A stretch of DNA of 64,000 nucleotides from Candidatus Methanomethylicia archaeon (GTDB lineage Archaea > Thermoproteota > Methanomethylicia > Nezhaarchaeales > B40-G2): contig JAPDJI010000017.1 in NCBI GenBank assembly GCA_029259155.1, positions 32,001 through 96,000 of the forward strand, read 5' to 3'. Below are positions 31,617-41,924 of the stretch, piece by piece. Made by a program: the position numbers and the translations under genes. Below the pieces are notes generated by a model. The model searched no databases. It was not told the origin of the DNA and was given only the letters and a program-made list of their open reading frames with translations. How positions within the stretch are numbered: the first letter of the stretch is position 1; every line of letters starts with the position of its first letter.

Positions 31617-32608
31617 CGATACCCCCCTGACATTGGTAGGCTGAGTAAATCATTAATTATGGCTGAGACCGTCTCCTCGCCTGCTCCTGGCCCTACAATG
31701 GTGATCCCTCCCGCTAGGTCGGTTTCTAGATGGACAGCGTTAAGGGTGCCGTGAACGCAGATGGGATGGTTCAGAGCCACAAGCCTAGGTCCTACCTCGA
31801 GTCTATCACCTACGACAGCTACCAGCTTTATCGCATACCCGGCTTTTCTCGCCAATCTCACAGCTTCTCTACTAACCCTCTTTATCCCTTCTCTTTTCAC
31901 GTCGTTTATCTTCGCATCTTTACCTAAGATAGCGTTTGCCAAGATCACTACTTTACAAGCCGCATCTATACCCTCTACATCATATGTGGGGTCTCTTTCA
32001 GCTATACCTCTCTCCTGTGCTTCTCGCAGGGCTACTTCGAAGCTGACGTCGTCAAAATGCATTCTTGAAAGGATATAATTTGTGGTTCCGTTAAGTATAC
32101 CGTATATTTTTCTTACATGATTGCCTCTTAAACAATCTCTCACCAGTGAAAAGATAGGTATGGCTCCGGCAACGGTTGCCTCATACTTGAGCTCTACACC
32201 TTTACGTTTAGCTAAGTCCATTAACCTCTTGAAGGCTATGACGAGAGGTCCTTTATTTGAAGTAACTACGTGCATACCTAAGTTAAGTGCTTTCTCGATG
32301 TGTGAAAGGCCTGGCTGCCCATCTACCACGTTCGTCGGTGTGGCCTCGATTAGTACGTCAGCCTCGCTGCGCTCTATAAGTTCGATCGACGATCCTTCAT
32401 GTATTTTTTCAAAATACTCCGTTATTTTCGAGATTGAGGATGCTCTCTCAAGGTCTAAGCCTTCCTCATCAAATAAGAAGCCCTCAACATCAGAGATCCC
32501 TACTAACTTAAACTGGGGGTGGAAGCTCTTAATGACAGCGAGTTTATCGCGAATTGACTTAACCAGGTTTCTCCCTATAAAGCCGAAGCCTACCAATATG
32601 GCCCTCAT
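31613..32608 (-). CDS. hom: Homoserine dehydrogenase
   Basis: GFGFIG, VVTSNKGP, YEATVAGAIP and GILNGTTNYIL. Confidence 0.95.
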   Translation of the reverse strand: MRAILVGFGFIGRNLVKSIRDKLAVIKSFHPQFKLVGISDVEGFLFDEEGLDLERASSISKITEYFEKIHEGSSIELIERSEADVLIEATPTNVVDGQPGLSHIEKALNLGMHVVTSNKGPLVIAFKRLMDLAKRKGVELKYEATVAGAIPIFSLVRDCLRGNHVRKIYGILNGTTNYILSRMHFDDVSFEVALREAQERGIAERDPTYDVEGIDAACKVVILANAILGKDAKINDVKREGIKRVSREAVRLARKAGYAIKLVAVVGDRLEVGPRLVALNHPICVHGTLNAVHLETDLAGGITIVGPGAGEETVSAIINDLLSLPMSGGYR

Positions 32609-33087
32609 TTCTTAGCCTCCTCTATGGGTAAGATGAGGAGGCCGCCCTCCTTCTCCACGGCCTCCTTGACCTTAGCCAAGGTACTTTCCAAGGCGCTGAG
32701 AGGCCCTTCAAACGTGATCTTTAGAGCTCCTCCACTCTCTGGCCTAGTTTCTCCTTCAAAGCCAACTACCTTCACTTCCTTGTCAAACTCAGATAAGATT
32801 GAGGTATCAGTTTTTCCTACCGCAACCACTGTCACCCTAGCTTTTTCGACGGCTTCCTCGAACTTCATTATCATTACATCCTTGGCCTCAAGCAGCTCCT
32901 TGACCCTGAGCGGTGATGAGGTAGAAGGCAGCTCAACAACTAGGTCCACCGGAACTACACCTTCCACCACCTTCTCCCGTTCATGTACTATGGATACCAC
33001 GTTTCCACCTTCTCCCGCTAAGACTTCAAGTACCTTTAATAGCTCCCCTGGCCTATCAGGTAGCATTACGGTGAGCTCTAACCGCAA
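32605..33087 (-). CDS. ACT-domain protein, probable allosteric partner of homoserine dehydrogenase
   Basis: LPDRPGELLKVL...GGNVVSIVHER; translationally coupled to hom. Confidence 0.85.
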   Translation of the reverse strand: MRLELTVMLPDRPGELLKVLEVLAGEGGNVVSIVHEREKVVEGVVPVDLVVELPSTSSPLRVKELLEAKDVMIMKFEEAVEKARVTVVAVGKTDTSILSEFDKEVKVVGFEGETRPESGGALKITFEGPLSALESTLAKVKEAVEKEGGLLILPIEEAKK

Positions 33088-34310
33088 CCTAAAACCCTCC
33101 CAACAACCTCCTCTACCCTACTTGATTCAACCTCGAAGGGTTCTTCATAGAACCTCACCACTATATCTGGGTCTTTAAGTCCATGGCCCGTGGCTACGCA
33201 TACTATAGTCTCGTCTCGACTAATGACACCTTGTTCAAGCATCTTGACTAACCCAGCTATGGAAGCTGCGCTTGCAGGTTCAACGAAGAGGCCTTCAAGC
33301 CTAGCTAACTCTCGCTGAGCATCGACGATTTCTTCGTCGCTCACCACAGTTACCCCTCCCTTTGACTCTACTACAGCAGCTTTAGCTTTAGACCAGTTAA
33401 CTGGGGCCCCTATCCTGATGGCGGAGGCAACGGTCTCAGGCTTATCAAGAGGGGTTAACTTATCTAGGTTCTGCAGTATCATGTGGGCGAAGGGGGCAGC
33501 GCCTTCGGCCTGAACCCCCATCATTTTAGGGGTCTCACGTGTAATTCCTAGTTCACGTAGCTCCTTAAACCCCTTCCATATAGCACTTATGTTACCTGCA
33601 TTGCCCACCGGCAGCACTATACGGTCTGGAACGCGTCGCCCTAACTGCTCGCATACCTCGTAAGCCAGAGTTTTCTGTCCTTCAAGTCTAAAGGGGTTAA
33701 CTGAATTTAGAAGATAAAGCCCTCTTTTTTCGCAAAGCTTCCTAACTTCCCTCAATGCGTCGTCGAAGCTCCCCTTTATCGCTAGCACCTTAGCTCCATG
33801 AGCTACTGCCTGCACAAGCTTTCCTCTCGCTATCTTACCGCTGGGCACTATTACGAGGCAAGGAAGCCCAGCTTTTGCTGAGTAGGCAGCTAATGAAGCG
33901 GAAGTATTACCAGTAGAAGCGCAGGCTGTGGCTTTAGCGCCAAGCTCCACTGCCTTTGTAACTCCAATGGTCATCCCCCTATCCTTGAAGGACCCAGTGG
34001 GGTTCTCTCCTTCATTCTTTACATAGAGCTCCTTAACTCCTAGCTTAGAAGCAAGCCGAGAACACCTATGCAGCCCAGTACCTCCCTCTCCAAGCGAGAC
34101 CTTTCTTGAAGAATCGGCGGGAAGTAGTTCCTGATACTTCCAGACCGAGAGAGGCCTCCTACTCCAGATCTCCAATAGCTGAGAGGCCTCAAGCCGAGAG
34201 TAGTCATAGGTTACATCGAGCAGCCCGCCACAAGCCTCACATGTATACACTATGGCATTGGGGGCATATTCCCGTCCACACTCAATACACTTAAGAGACT
34301 CTACGAACAT
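33078..34310 (-). CDS. thrC: Threonine synthase (intact PLP lysine)
   Basis: NPTGSFKDRG, ASTGNTSAS, PVGNAGN and TGHGLKDP. Confidence 0.95.
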   Translation of the reverse strand: MFVESLKCIECGREYAPNAIVYTCEACGGLLDVTYDYSRLEASQLLEIWSRRPLSVWKYQELLPADSSRKVSLGEGGTGLHRCSRLASKLGVKELYVKNEGENPTGSFKDRGMTIGVTKAVELGAKATACASTGNTSASLAAYSAKAGLPCLVIVPSGKIARGKLVQAVAHGAKVLAIKGSFDDALREVRKLCEKRGLYLLNSVNPFRLEGQKTLAYEVCEQLGRRVPDRIVLPVGNAGNISAIWKGFKELRELGITRETPKMMGVQAEGAAPFAHMILQNLDKLTPLDKPETVASAIRIGAPVNWSKAKAAVVESKGGVTVVSDEEIVDAQRELARLEGLFVEPASAASIAGLVKMLEQGVISRDETIVCVATGHGLKDPDIVVRFYEEPFEVESSRVEEVVGRVLGCG

Positions 34311-34452
34311 GGCCTACGCACGCCGCGACCTACGCTAGCCCTTCTCGCCCTTATAGTTAGCGCTATTCATTTATTATAGTCATCTCTGTGCGTAACCGTT
34401 TTATACAAAATGTACAGTTTTCTTCTGTTCGGTATTTGAGCGGGTGGTTGCA

Positions 34453-35775
34453 ATGTCCACCGAACCGAAGTTTTGGGAACCGAACATCGAAACCATGTCT
34501 CTTGAAGAAATGAAGAAGCTTCAGTTAACTAGGTTGAAGGCACAGCTAAAGTACGTCTATGAGCGCAGCCCCTTCTACCGCAAGAAGTTTGATGAAGCTG
34601 GGGTTAAGCCAGAAGACCTTAAGACTCTAGAGGATCTTAAGAAGTTCCCCTTCACCACTAAGATGGACCTTAGACAGTACGCTTATCCTCATGGAGGCGA
34701 ACTACGATGCGTACCGTTAAGTGAAACCCCCTACTTCCACTGCACGTCTGGTACTACCGGTAAGCCCACTGTCATGTACTACACTAGGAATGATCAAGAA
34801 AAATGGGCCAACGTTATGGCTAGAGCGCTCTATGGTACCGGAATCAGGAAAGGAGATATTATGTTGAATAACTATGGATACGGCCTCTTCACAGGAGGAT
34901 TAGGCTTTCACTATGGCGCCATTAAGATAGGTGCTACTGTAATCCCATGGGGTGTTGGAAGGACGGAGGCGCTCATAGAAGCGCTGAGAGATTACAAGTG
35001 CACGGTTATAACTGGTACGCCGTCCTATGACTATTTCATAGGTGAACTCATTCAGAAGAAGGGCTTAGACCCTGAAAAAGAACTTAACCTTAAGATAGCG
35101 GTGCCTGGAGCTGAAACTTGGACCGAAGAGATGCGTAGGCGCATCGAGGAATGGTTAGGTTTGAAGGCCCATGGAGGCGGCGCTAGGATGATGTACGGCT
35201 TAACGGAGATGTTCGGTCCTGGGGTAGCTACGGAATGCGAGTACCAGAACGGTATGCATGTCTGGGTGGATCAATACTATGCGGAAATCATAGATCCTGA
35301 CACTGGGGAACCGTTAGAACCAGGTGAGCAAGGAGAACTCGTGCTCACGAACTTAGTTGCTGAAGCTATGCCGTTAATAAGGTATAGGACAAGGGACATT
35401 ACTAAGCTAATCTACGATCCCTGCGAATGTGGTAGAGTAGCTTTTCCGCGTATGCCAGGCGTATTAGGTAGAGTGGACGATGCTTTCTCGTACAAGGGTA
35501 CGAAAATCTATCCAAGCGCTATAGCTGAACGTATCATGAAGTTTAATGAAGTACAGGAGTTCCAAATTGTCTTCGACAAGACCGTGATGCCCTATAGACT
35601 AACCGTTAGGATAGAGGTACCTCCCGAGAAACGGTCTCCAGCACTTAAAGAGGCCATCCTCTCTGAGATCGATAAAGCAGTGTTCGTTAGGCCAGAGCTG
35701 GAATTCGTTGATGTAGGGTCACTGCCCCGCTGGGAAGGAAAAGCGAAAAGAGTCGTTACCCTAGAACCTAAGTAA
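34453..35775 (+). CDS. Phenylacetate--CoA ligase family protein
   Basis: TSGTTGKPT, YGYGLFTGGLG, YGLTEMFGPGVA and RYRTRD; ATG 34453 preferred over GTG 34444. Confidence 0.9.
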   Translation: MSTEPKFWEPNIETMSLEEMKKLQLTRLKAQLKYVYERSPFYRKKFDEAGVKPEDLKTLEDLKKFPFTTKMDLRQYAYPHGGELRCVPLSETPYFHCTSGTTGKPTVMYYTRNDQEKWANVMARALYGTGIRKGDIMLNNYGYGLFTGGLGFHYGAIKIGATVIPWGVGRTEALIEALRDYKCTVITGTPSYDYFIGELIQKKGLDPEKELNLKIAVPGAETWTEEMRRRIEEWLGLKAHGGGARMMYGLTEMFGPGVATECEYQNGMHVWVDQYYAEIIDPDTGEPLEPGEQGELVLTNLVAEAMPLIRYRTRDITKLIYDPCECGRVAFPRMPGVLGRVDDAFSYKGTKIYPSAIAERIMKFNEVQEFQIVFDKTVMPYRLTVRIEVPPEKRSPALKEAILSEIDKAVFVRPELEFVDVGSLPRWEGKAKRVVTLEPK

Positions 35776-35868
35776 ATGTAGCCTTCGTTTCATCACTTTT
35801 TCTATATTTTTGATGCATTCCGTGCGAGCTAAAGATCTTAGCTCTAATAGGCTGCAATGCTGTGAGGA

Positions 35869-38800
35869 TTACCATATTTTGAGGGGGGCTCTTTCATGAT
35901 ATTCGTTGAGGGAGTTGACGGTCAGTTCGTTCCACCTCATCCATGCGAGAGCCTTAACTAGTGCTATAGCGCCCTCTATGGTAGTTATGACGGGTACCCC
36001 TAACTCTGTAGCTTTTCTTCTTATAACATATTCATCCTCCAGAACTTCACGTTGTCTTTCGGAAGCCGTAGAAGGTACGTTTATCACCAGATGTATGGCT
36101 CTCTCACCAAGTAGGTCGGCAATGTTGGGCTTACGGTCTTTTTCCCTTATTTTATATACAACTTTGACGTTGTTCACTCCCGACTTAACTAAGTGCTCTG
36201 CGGTGTGCTCGGTGGCATAGATATTGTAGCCTAAACTTCGCAGTGTTTTAGCAATAGGAACTGCTTCCTCTTTTTCGCGGTCTCCTCCGATGGTTATTAA
36301 AATGTTATCGTTAGGTTGAGGTATCCTAAAGCCGGCAGCTATCAATGATTTTAGGAAGGCATCAAAGAAGTTTTCGCCGAGGCAGGCCACTTCGCCTGTT
36401 GACCTCATCTCCACCCCGAGTGTGGGGTCGGCGCCCTCCACTTGCATGAAGGAGAACTGGGGAGTCTTGATACCTACGCATGGAGCTGGAGGCTCCTCAA
36501 AGGGGAGGGGCTCCATGGGTTTGCCCAGCAGGATGGGAGCAGATAGCTTCATTAGGTTGATGGCCTTTACCTTGGACACGAAGGGCATGGACCTTGAGGC
36601 CCTTAGGTTACACTCTATCACGTATACTTCATCGTTCTTTACCACGAACTGTATGTTGAAGGGGCCTTTAATCCGGAGGGCTCTGGCTATTTTACATGCA
36701 TAGTCTTTCACCTTCTCCATTATCTCTTCAGAAAGTCTCTGAGGAGGTATCACCATGGTGGCGTCTCCTGAGTGGACTCCTGCCCTCTCGACGTGTTCTA
36801 TGACGGCGCCTATCAACACCTTTTCCCCATCAGATACTCCGTCCACCTCCACCTCAAGTGCGCCCTCAATAAACTTGCTTATCACGACGGGGTGCTCAGG
36901 ACTGACCTTAGCCGCCTTAATCAGGTAGTCCTTCAACTGTTCTTTGGACCAAGCTACCCTCATGGCTGCTCCGCTAAGCACGTAAGAGGGCCTGACTAAA
37001 ACAGGGTAACTTACTTGTTCAGCGAATTTTTCGGCTTCTTCAATTGAAGTGAATTTGCTCCACTTAGGTTGAGGTATACTGAGTTCGTCGAGAAGCTTAC
37101 TGAACTTAGACCTATCTTCTGCTCTATCAACATCTTCCCCAGCCGTTCCTAGTATCCTTACCCCTGCCTTGGCTAGCTTGGGAGCTAGATTATTAGGGGT
37201 TTGACCACCAACGCAGGTTATAACGCCCAAAGGCTTCTCCTTCTCATAGATATCGAGAACCCTCTCATAGGTAAGTTCGTCGAAGTATAGTTTATCACTC
37301 ATGTCATAGTCTGTTGAGACTGTTTCAGGGTTGCAGTTTATCACTATGACCTGGTCTATTCCCTGTTCCTTAAGTGACCATACCATGTTCATAGTGCACC
37401 AGTCAAATTCCACCGAGCTACCTATTCGGTAGGTTCCAGCCCCAAGCACTATGACTTTACGCTTACCCTTGGTGAAGTCCACATCATCATCATCGCCACC
37501 ATAGGTGACGTATAGATAGTTAGTTTGAGCAGGCCACTCGGCAGCTAAAGTATCTATTTGTTTCACTACAGGCTTTATGCCTAGCTTTAGCCTTAGCTTT
37601 CTAACCTCCTCCTCGTCAACTCCCCAGAGCACCGCTATTTGCCTATCTGAGAAACCAAGCCTCTTGGCCTCCTTAAGTAGCTCCTTTAACTCTTCCCCGC
37701 GTTGTCCCTTAACCTTCCTGAGCTTCTCCTCCATATCTAGCAGGTTTTTGATCTTTCTGATGAACCATTCATCTATGTTGGATAGCTTACTAACCCTTTC
37801 AATAGGTAACCCGGCTCTCAGGGCTCTAACTACGTTGAAGAGATGGTCGTCGTTGGTCATTAACAGCAGGTGCTCTAGCTCTTCTATGGAGCCTACAGGC
37901 TCTTCATCTGGATTGGCAACCAGCCCTAGCTTGCCTTTATCAAGCATCCTTATCGCTTTCTGTAAAGCTTCCTCGAAGCATCGACCTACTGCCATCACTT
38001 CGCCTACAGATTTCATCTGTGTACCGATTCTTCTAGTGGCTCTCTCAAACTTATCCAGGTCCCATCTGGGTATCTTGACCACCACGTAGTCTAGGGCTGG
38101 CTCGAAACATGCAGTCGTGATCCTTGTAACCTTGTTTATCAGCTCAGGTAATGTATAGCCAAGTGCCAGCTTAGCTGCCATATAGGCTAATGGATAACCA
38201 GTAGCTTTCGATGCTAAAGCTGAAGACCTCGAAAGCCTGGGGTTAATCTCTATGGCATAAAACCTTTCAGAGTTAGGGTCTAAGGCGAACTGTATATTAC
38301 ACTCACCTACTATCCCACAGGCTCTGACTGCCCTTATGGAGGCTGAGCGAAGAATATGATATTCCCTGTTGGTTAAGGTTTGAGAAGGGGCAACCACCAC
38401 GTTATCGCCAGTGTGAATACGCATACCAAACACGTTTTCCATGTTACAGACTATGATGCAGTTGTCGTCGTAATCCCTCATTACCTCGTATTCCACTTGT
38501 TTCCAATGCCCTACGTATTCTTCTATCAATACTTGCCCTATCATGCTATTAGCTATCCCACGTCTAACTATCTCGTCGAGCTCGTACTCATTGTAAGCTA
38601 CTCCAGAGCCTCTACCACCTAGGTTGTAAGCTACTCTCACCATAACCGGGTACCCTAACTTCTCGGCCTCCTCTCGTGCCTCCTCTACAGAAGTCACGGC
38701 TCGGCTACGCGGCGTCGGTATGTCTGCCTTCTCCATGGCCTTGCAGAAGAGGTCCCTGTCCTCCGTCACCTCGATACCATGAAGCGAGGTACCTATGATC

Positions 38801-39141
38801 TGTACCCCGTACTTCTCCAATACTCCTGATTTAGCTAGCTGTACACCGCAGTTAAGGGCTGTCTGTCCTCCGAAGCCTAGAAGAATGCTGTCAGGCCTTT
38901 CCTTAGCTATGACCTTCTCTACGAAGTAAGGGGTAACTGGGAGGAGATACACCTTATCGGCTAATTGCGGGTCGGTCTGGATAGTGGCTATATTAGGGTT
39001 CACTAAGATAGTTTTGACGCCTTCTTCCTTCAACGCCTTGATGGCTTGAGACCCGCTGTAATCGAACTCTCCAGCTTCCGCTATCTTGATGGCTCCTGAA
39101 CCCAGTATAATGGTTTTCTTAATCCAGTCGAACTTGGGCAC
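35869..39141 (-). CDS. carB: Carbamoyl-phosphate synthase large subunit
   Basis: GEFDYSGSQA, two ATP-grasp halves, EINPRLSRSSALASKATG and an MGS domain. Confidence 0.97.
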   Translation of the reverse strand: MPKFDWIKKTIILGSGAIKIAEAGEFDYSGSQAIKALKEEGVKTILVNPNIATIQTDPQLADKVYLLPVTPYFVEKVIAKERPDSILLGFGGQTALNCGVQLAKSGVLEKYGVQIIGTSLHGIEVTEDRDLFCKAMEKADIPTPRSRAVTSVEEAREEAEKLGYPVMVRVAYNLGGRGSGVAYNEYELDEIVRRGIANSMIGQVLIEEYVGHWKQVEYEVMRDYDDNCIIVCNMENVFGMRIHTGDNVVVAPSQTLTNREYHILRSASIRAVRACGIVGECNIQFALDPNSERFYAIEINPRLSRSSALASKATGYPLAYMAAKLALGYTLPELINKVTRITTACFEPALDYVVVKIPRWDLDKFERATRRIGTQMKSVGEVMAVGRCFEEALQKAIRMLDKGKLGLVANPDEEPVGSIEELEHLLLMTNDDHLFNVVRALRAGLPIERVSKLSNIDEWFIRKIKNLLDMEEKLRKVKGQRGEELKELLKEAKRLGFSDRQIAVLWGVDEEEVRKLRLKLGIKPVVKQIDTLAAEWPAQTNYLYVTYGGDDDDVDFTKGKRKVIVLGAGTYRIGSSVEFDWCTMNMVWSLKEQGIDQVIVINCNPETVSTDYDMSDKLYFDELTYERVLDIYEKEKPLGVITCVGGQTPNNLAPKLAKAGVRILGTAGEDVDRAEDRSKFSKLLDELSIPQPKWSKFTSIEEAEKFAEQVSYPVLVRPSYVLSGAAMRVAWSKEQLKDYLIKAAKVSPEHPVVISKFIEGALEVEVDGVSDGEKVLIGAVIEHVERAGVHSGDATMVIPPQRLSEEIMEKVKDYACKIARALRIKGPFNIQFVVKNDEVYVIECNLRASRSMPFVSKVKAINLMKLSAPILLGKPMEPLPFEEPPAPCVGIKTPQFSFMQVEGADPTLGVEMRSTGEVACLGENFFDAFLKSLIAAGFRIPQPNDNILITIGGDREKEEAVPIAKTLRSLGYNIYATEHTAEHLVKSGVNNVKVVYKIREKDRKPNIADLLGERAIHLVINVPSTASERQREVLEDEYVIRRKATELGVPVITTIEGAIALVKALAWMRWNELTVNSLNEYHERAPLKIW

Positions 39142-40277
39142 TAGCCTCCCCTCATCGTCTTGATGAATAGGTCAAAAATCCACTCTGTGTCGTATGGACC
39201 AGGCCTAGCTTCTGGATGAAATTGTACTGCAAAGCAGGGTTTTTCTTTATGGCGTACTCCTTCCACGGTTTTATCGTCAGCATTTACGAACCAAACTTCT
39301 AAACCTGTGTCTCTTAGAGATGATTGGTCAACGGCATAGCCATGGTTCTGGCTAGTTATATAACATAGCCCAGTTTCTAGGTTGATACAGGGCTTATTCT
39401 GTCCTCTATGTCCATACTTCAACTTGTAAGTATCTCCTCCTAGCGCTAGCGAGATAATCTGATTGCCTAAACATATTCCAAGCAGCGGGATACCTATTTC
39501 GTAAAGCTCCTTTACAGTTTTCACCGTGGCTATGCATTGCTTAGGGTCTCCAGGTCCATTACTTACGAGTACTCCTTTAGGTTCATAGCTTAGGACCTCG
39601 TCGACCGCAGCGTTGTAGGGAAGTCTAATTACCGTAACCCCTCTTTGAAGAAGCCCTCTGACGATTCCTACTTTAACGCCACAGTCTAAGACTACTACCG
39701 TTGGTTTTCCTCCCTGGTGTACCAAGGGCTCCTTGACCGTAACTTGCTCCACGTAATTAATTTCCCCATATTTAGGGGCTCTCTCTAGGGCTTTGAAGGC
39801 ATCATCAATAGAGGGCTCCTCAGATACCTGAAGGGCCCCCATCATGACTCCTTGAACTCTAAGCTTTTTCGTTAACCGCCTGGTGTCTACGCCTGTGATA
39901 CCAGGTATGCCTTCCTCAGCAAGCCAGGAATGGAAGGTTTTGCTCATAGCCCAGTGTTTAGGCTCCTCGCAAAGCTCATGTATTATGACACCAGCCACCT
40001 GAATCCTATGTGATTCAAAGTGTACAGGGAGCCCAAACTCGTCAACTTGAGCATAAGGTGGAACACCATAGTTACCTATCAATGGGTAAGTGAAGCATAG
40101 GATCTGGCCTTTATAGGAAGGATCAGTTAAGGCTTCAGGGTAACCTACCATACCTGTGTTAAAGACGACTTCACCGACTACAAGTCCAGGTGCGCCGCAA
40201 CCTCTACCTTCTACGAAGGTACCATCTTCCAGTGCTAAAACAGCCTTAAGGTTCTTACTTGTCCTCTTGCTCTGGAT
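39141..40277 (-). CDS. carA: Carbamoyl-phosphate synthase small subunit; true start lies upstream of the ORF-track ATG and is non-canonical
   Basis: GICLG and QFHPEA; conserved KAVLALEDG..GEVVFNTG is in frame upstream of ATG 40151. Start placed provisionally at ATC 40277. Confidence 0.9.
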   Translation of the reverse strand: MQSKRTSKNLKAVLALEDGTFVEGRGCGAPGLVVGEVVFNTGMVGYPEALTDPSYKGQILCFTYPLIGNYGVPPYAQVDEFGLPVHFESHRIQVAGVIIHELCEEPKHWAMSKTFHSWLAEEGIPGITGVDTRRLTKKLRVQGVMMGALQVSEEPSIDDAFKALERAPKYGEINYVEQVTVKEPLVHQGGKPTVVVLDCGVKVGIVRGLLQRGVTVIRLPYNAAVDEVLSYEPKGVLVSNGPGDPKQCIATVKTVKELYEIGIPLLGICLGNQIISLALGGDTYKLKYGHRGQNKPCINLETGLCYITSQNHGYAVDQSSLRDTGLEVWFVNADDKTVEGVRHKEKPCFAVQFHPEARPGPYDTEWIFDLFIKTMRGG

Positions 40278-40476
40278 GGCGAGAACCCAGCTTTAAACGC
40301 TGCCTGTCCCCCTCTAATAAGGCTTACTCTAAAATGGTTTAATCAGTGATCAAAACGGCCTTTTCTAGGTCTTACTGCATCGCCACGCGACCAACCTTTG
40401 ACTTCTCACCTGGACCGAGCTTACAACAAAGGGTTCTTGGGCCTATTTTATAGGTGGAATGGATAGTGCAACTAAC

Positions 40477-40782
40477 TCATGGAGGGTAAGGGAAGCCTTC
40501 CATGAATCTTGATAGATCGCAAAGCCTCTCGACCTTAACCCTAAACTCTGCTCTCTCTGAAAACTTTTCAATGATTTGCCTAACAATTATTTTAGAGGCT
40601 TCGCCAAATATTTCATATAGGCAGTCCTCGAACAATTCGAGCTTAAACGGAATCTCAGTTTCATTTATTCCATATTTAGTTTTAGCATAGAACAACACTA
40701 CTTCCTTTACCGTATGGCCGAACATGGACAGGGCATCATCCACTGCTTGGATGAATAACCTAGCCCAGTCGGCCACGCTCAT
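40477..40782 (-). CDS. Small conserved-type archaeal hypothetical protein (DUF3227-like)
   Basis: Pattern AVDDALS.FG..VK.V..F....YGI...EIP...E.F...L..IFG.AS.II. Confidence 0.65.
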   Translation of the reverse strand: MSVADWARLFIQAVDDALSMFGHTVKEVVLFYAKTKYGINETEIPFKLELFEDCLYEIFGEASKIIVRQIIEKFSERAEFRVKVERLCDLSRFMEGFPYPP

Positions 40783-40850
40783 TCGTAATACCTACGTAAT
40801 ACCTCTGTAAGGTTACATTTAAATATTTATCTAGAATTGTATGTACTGGT

Positions 40851-41021
40851 ATGGAGTTAGCGCAGAACGCCATTACTTACGCCCTAATCCAGGCCGCTAC
40901 TCTAGAATTTCTAGTACCTGGTGAGAAGCAGTACCCATTGATGTTAAGGGCTATAGGTCAAGAACTAGAACACCACGTGGAGCTTCTTCGAAGTCTTGCT
41001 TCGCTCCTCGAAAACACTTAG
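40851..41021 (+). CDS. Putative leaderless 56-aa protein, not in the ORF track
   Basis: ATG about 26 nt after TTTAAATA (40818-40825); helical sequence containing ELEHH. Confidence 0.35.
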   Translation: MELAQNAITYALIQAATLEFLVPGEKQYPLMLRAIGQELEHHVELLRSLASLLENT

Positions 41022-41214
41022 TTCAGGCATCTAACGTAGAAGCTAGCAGCTTTTGTCTTAGTTCCTTAATGGAGGATCAAGTTGTGAATGTAACACGTGA
41101 TTTAAACTGCTCGTAAGTTTACGGACCATTTAACCTAGTATTCTCCGCTATGGAGAGGAAAGCAAACTATTTATCCTCAAGGGGAGGCTTACCAAAGCAC
41201 ATCTAGGGGTATCG

Positions 41215-41877
41215 ATGTCCATGGAACCAGCCCCACCACTGATTGAGCGGAAGGTTAGAGATCTCGTACTCGAACACGTGAGAAGAGTTTGTGAAGCTGT
41301 TAGGAACATGGTACTTACTATAGAAAGTTACGTCTCCATGGATCAAAGAGGTGTGGCTCTTCACCTTACACGAACTAAGCAAATGGAGGGGGAAGCTGAT
41401 GACTACAGGAGGAACATCTATGAGTATCTAGCTAAAGCTTCTCCAGCTTTACTCAACAGAGAGGATTGGGTTAGACTTTCCATAGATCTTGATAAGATGG
41501 CTGACCTAGCTTACAGCGTAGCTTACCGCATATCCATAGCTTGCGATAAAGCTTGGTTCCCTCCAAGTGAAGTGGTCTCTAAGCTAGGAGAGATGGCAGA
41601 GGCTACGCTACAGCTCTGTGAGAAGTTGAAAGAAGCTTTGTTCACGTATACGTTTAACGTTGAACATGCCTTAAACGTGTGTCGTGAGATAGAAGGTATG
41701 GAGGAAGATATAGATAGAATCCACCGTGACTTAGCGATGATGATCTTAGAGGTGGCTGCTCCTCTACCCTTAACCTTACTGTTGAGGGATATTTGCGAAC
41801 GTATGGAGAGTATTTCTGACTTTATTCTTGATGCTGTACAAGACTTACGCCTCTTAGCCTTCTACCGGTTCTCCTAG
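41215..41877 (+). CDS. DUF47 / PhoU-like protein
   Basis: Repeated ExxxD motifs (EGEADD, EEDIDR) and REDW..L...LDKMAD. Confidence 0.85.
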   Translation: MSMEPAPPLIERKVRDLVLEHVRRVCEAVRNMVLTIESYVSMDQRGVALHLTRTKQMEGEADDYRRNIYEYLAKASPALLNREDWVRLSIDLDKMADLAYSVAYRISIACDKAWFPPSEVVSKLGEMAEATLQLCEKLKEALFTYTFNVEHALNVCREIEGMEEDIDRIHRDLAMMILEVAAPLPLTLLLRDICERMESISDFILDAVQDLRLLAFYRFS

Positions 41878-41924
41878 CTCAGCTTTAATATTAACCCCCC
41901 TCCTTAGTTTAGCTTAGATCTACC

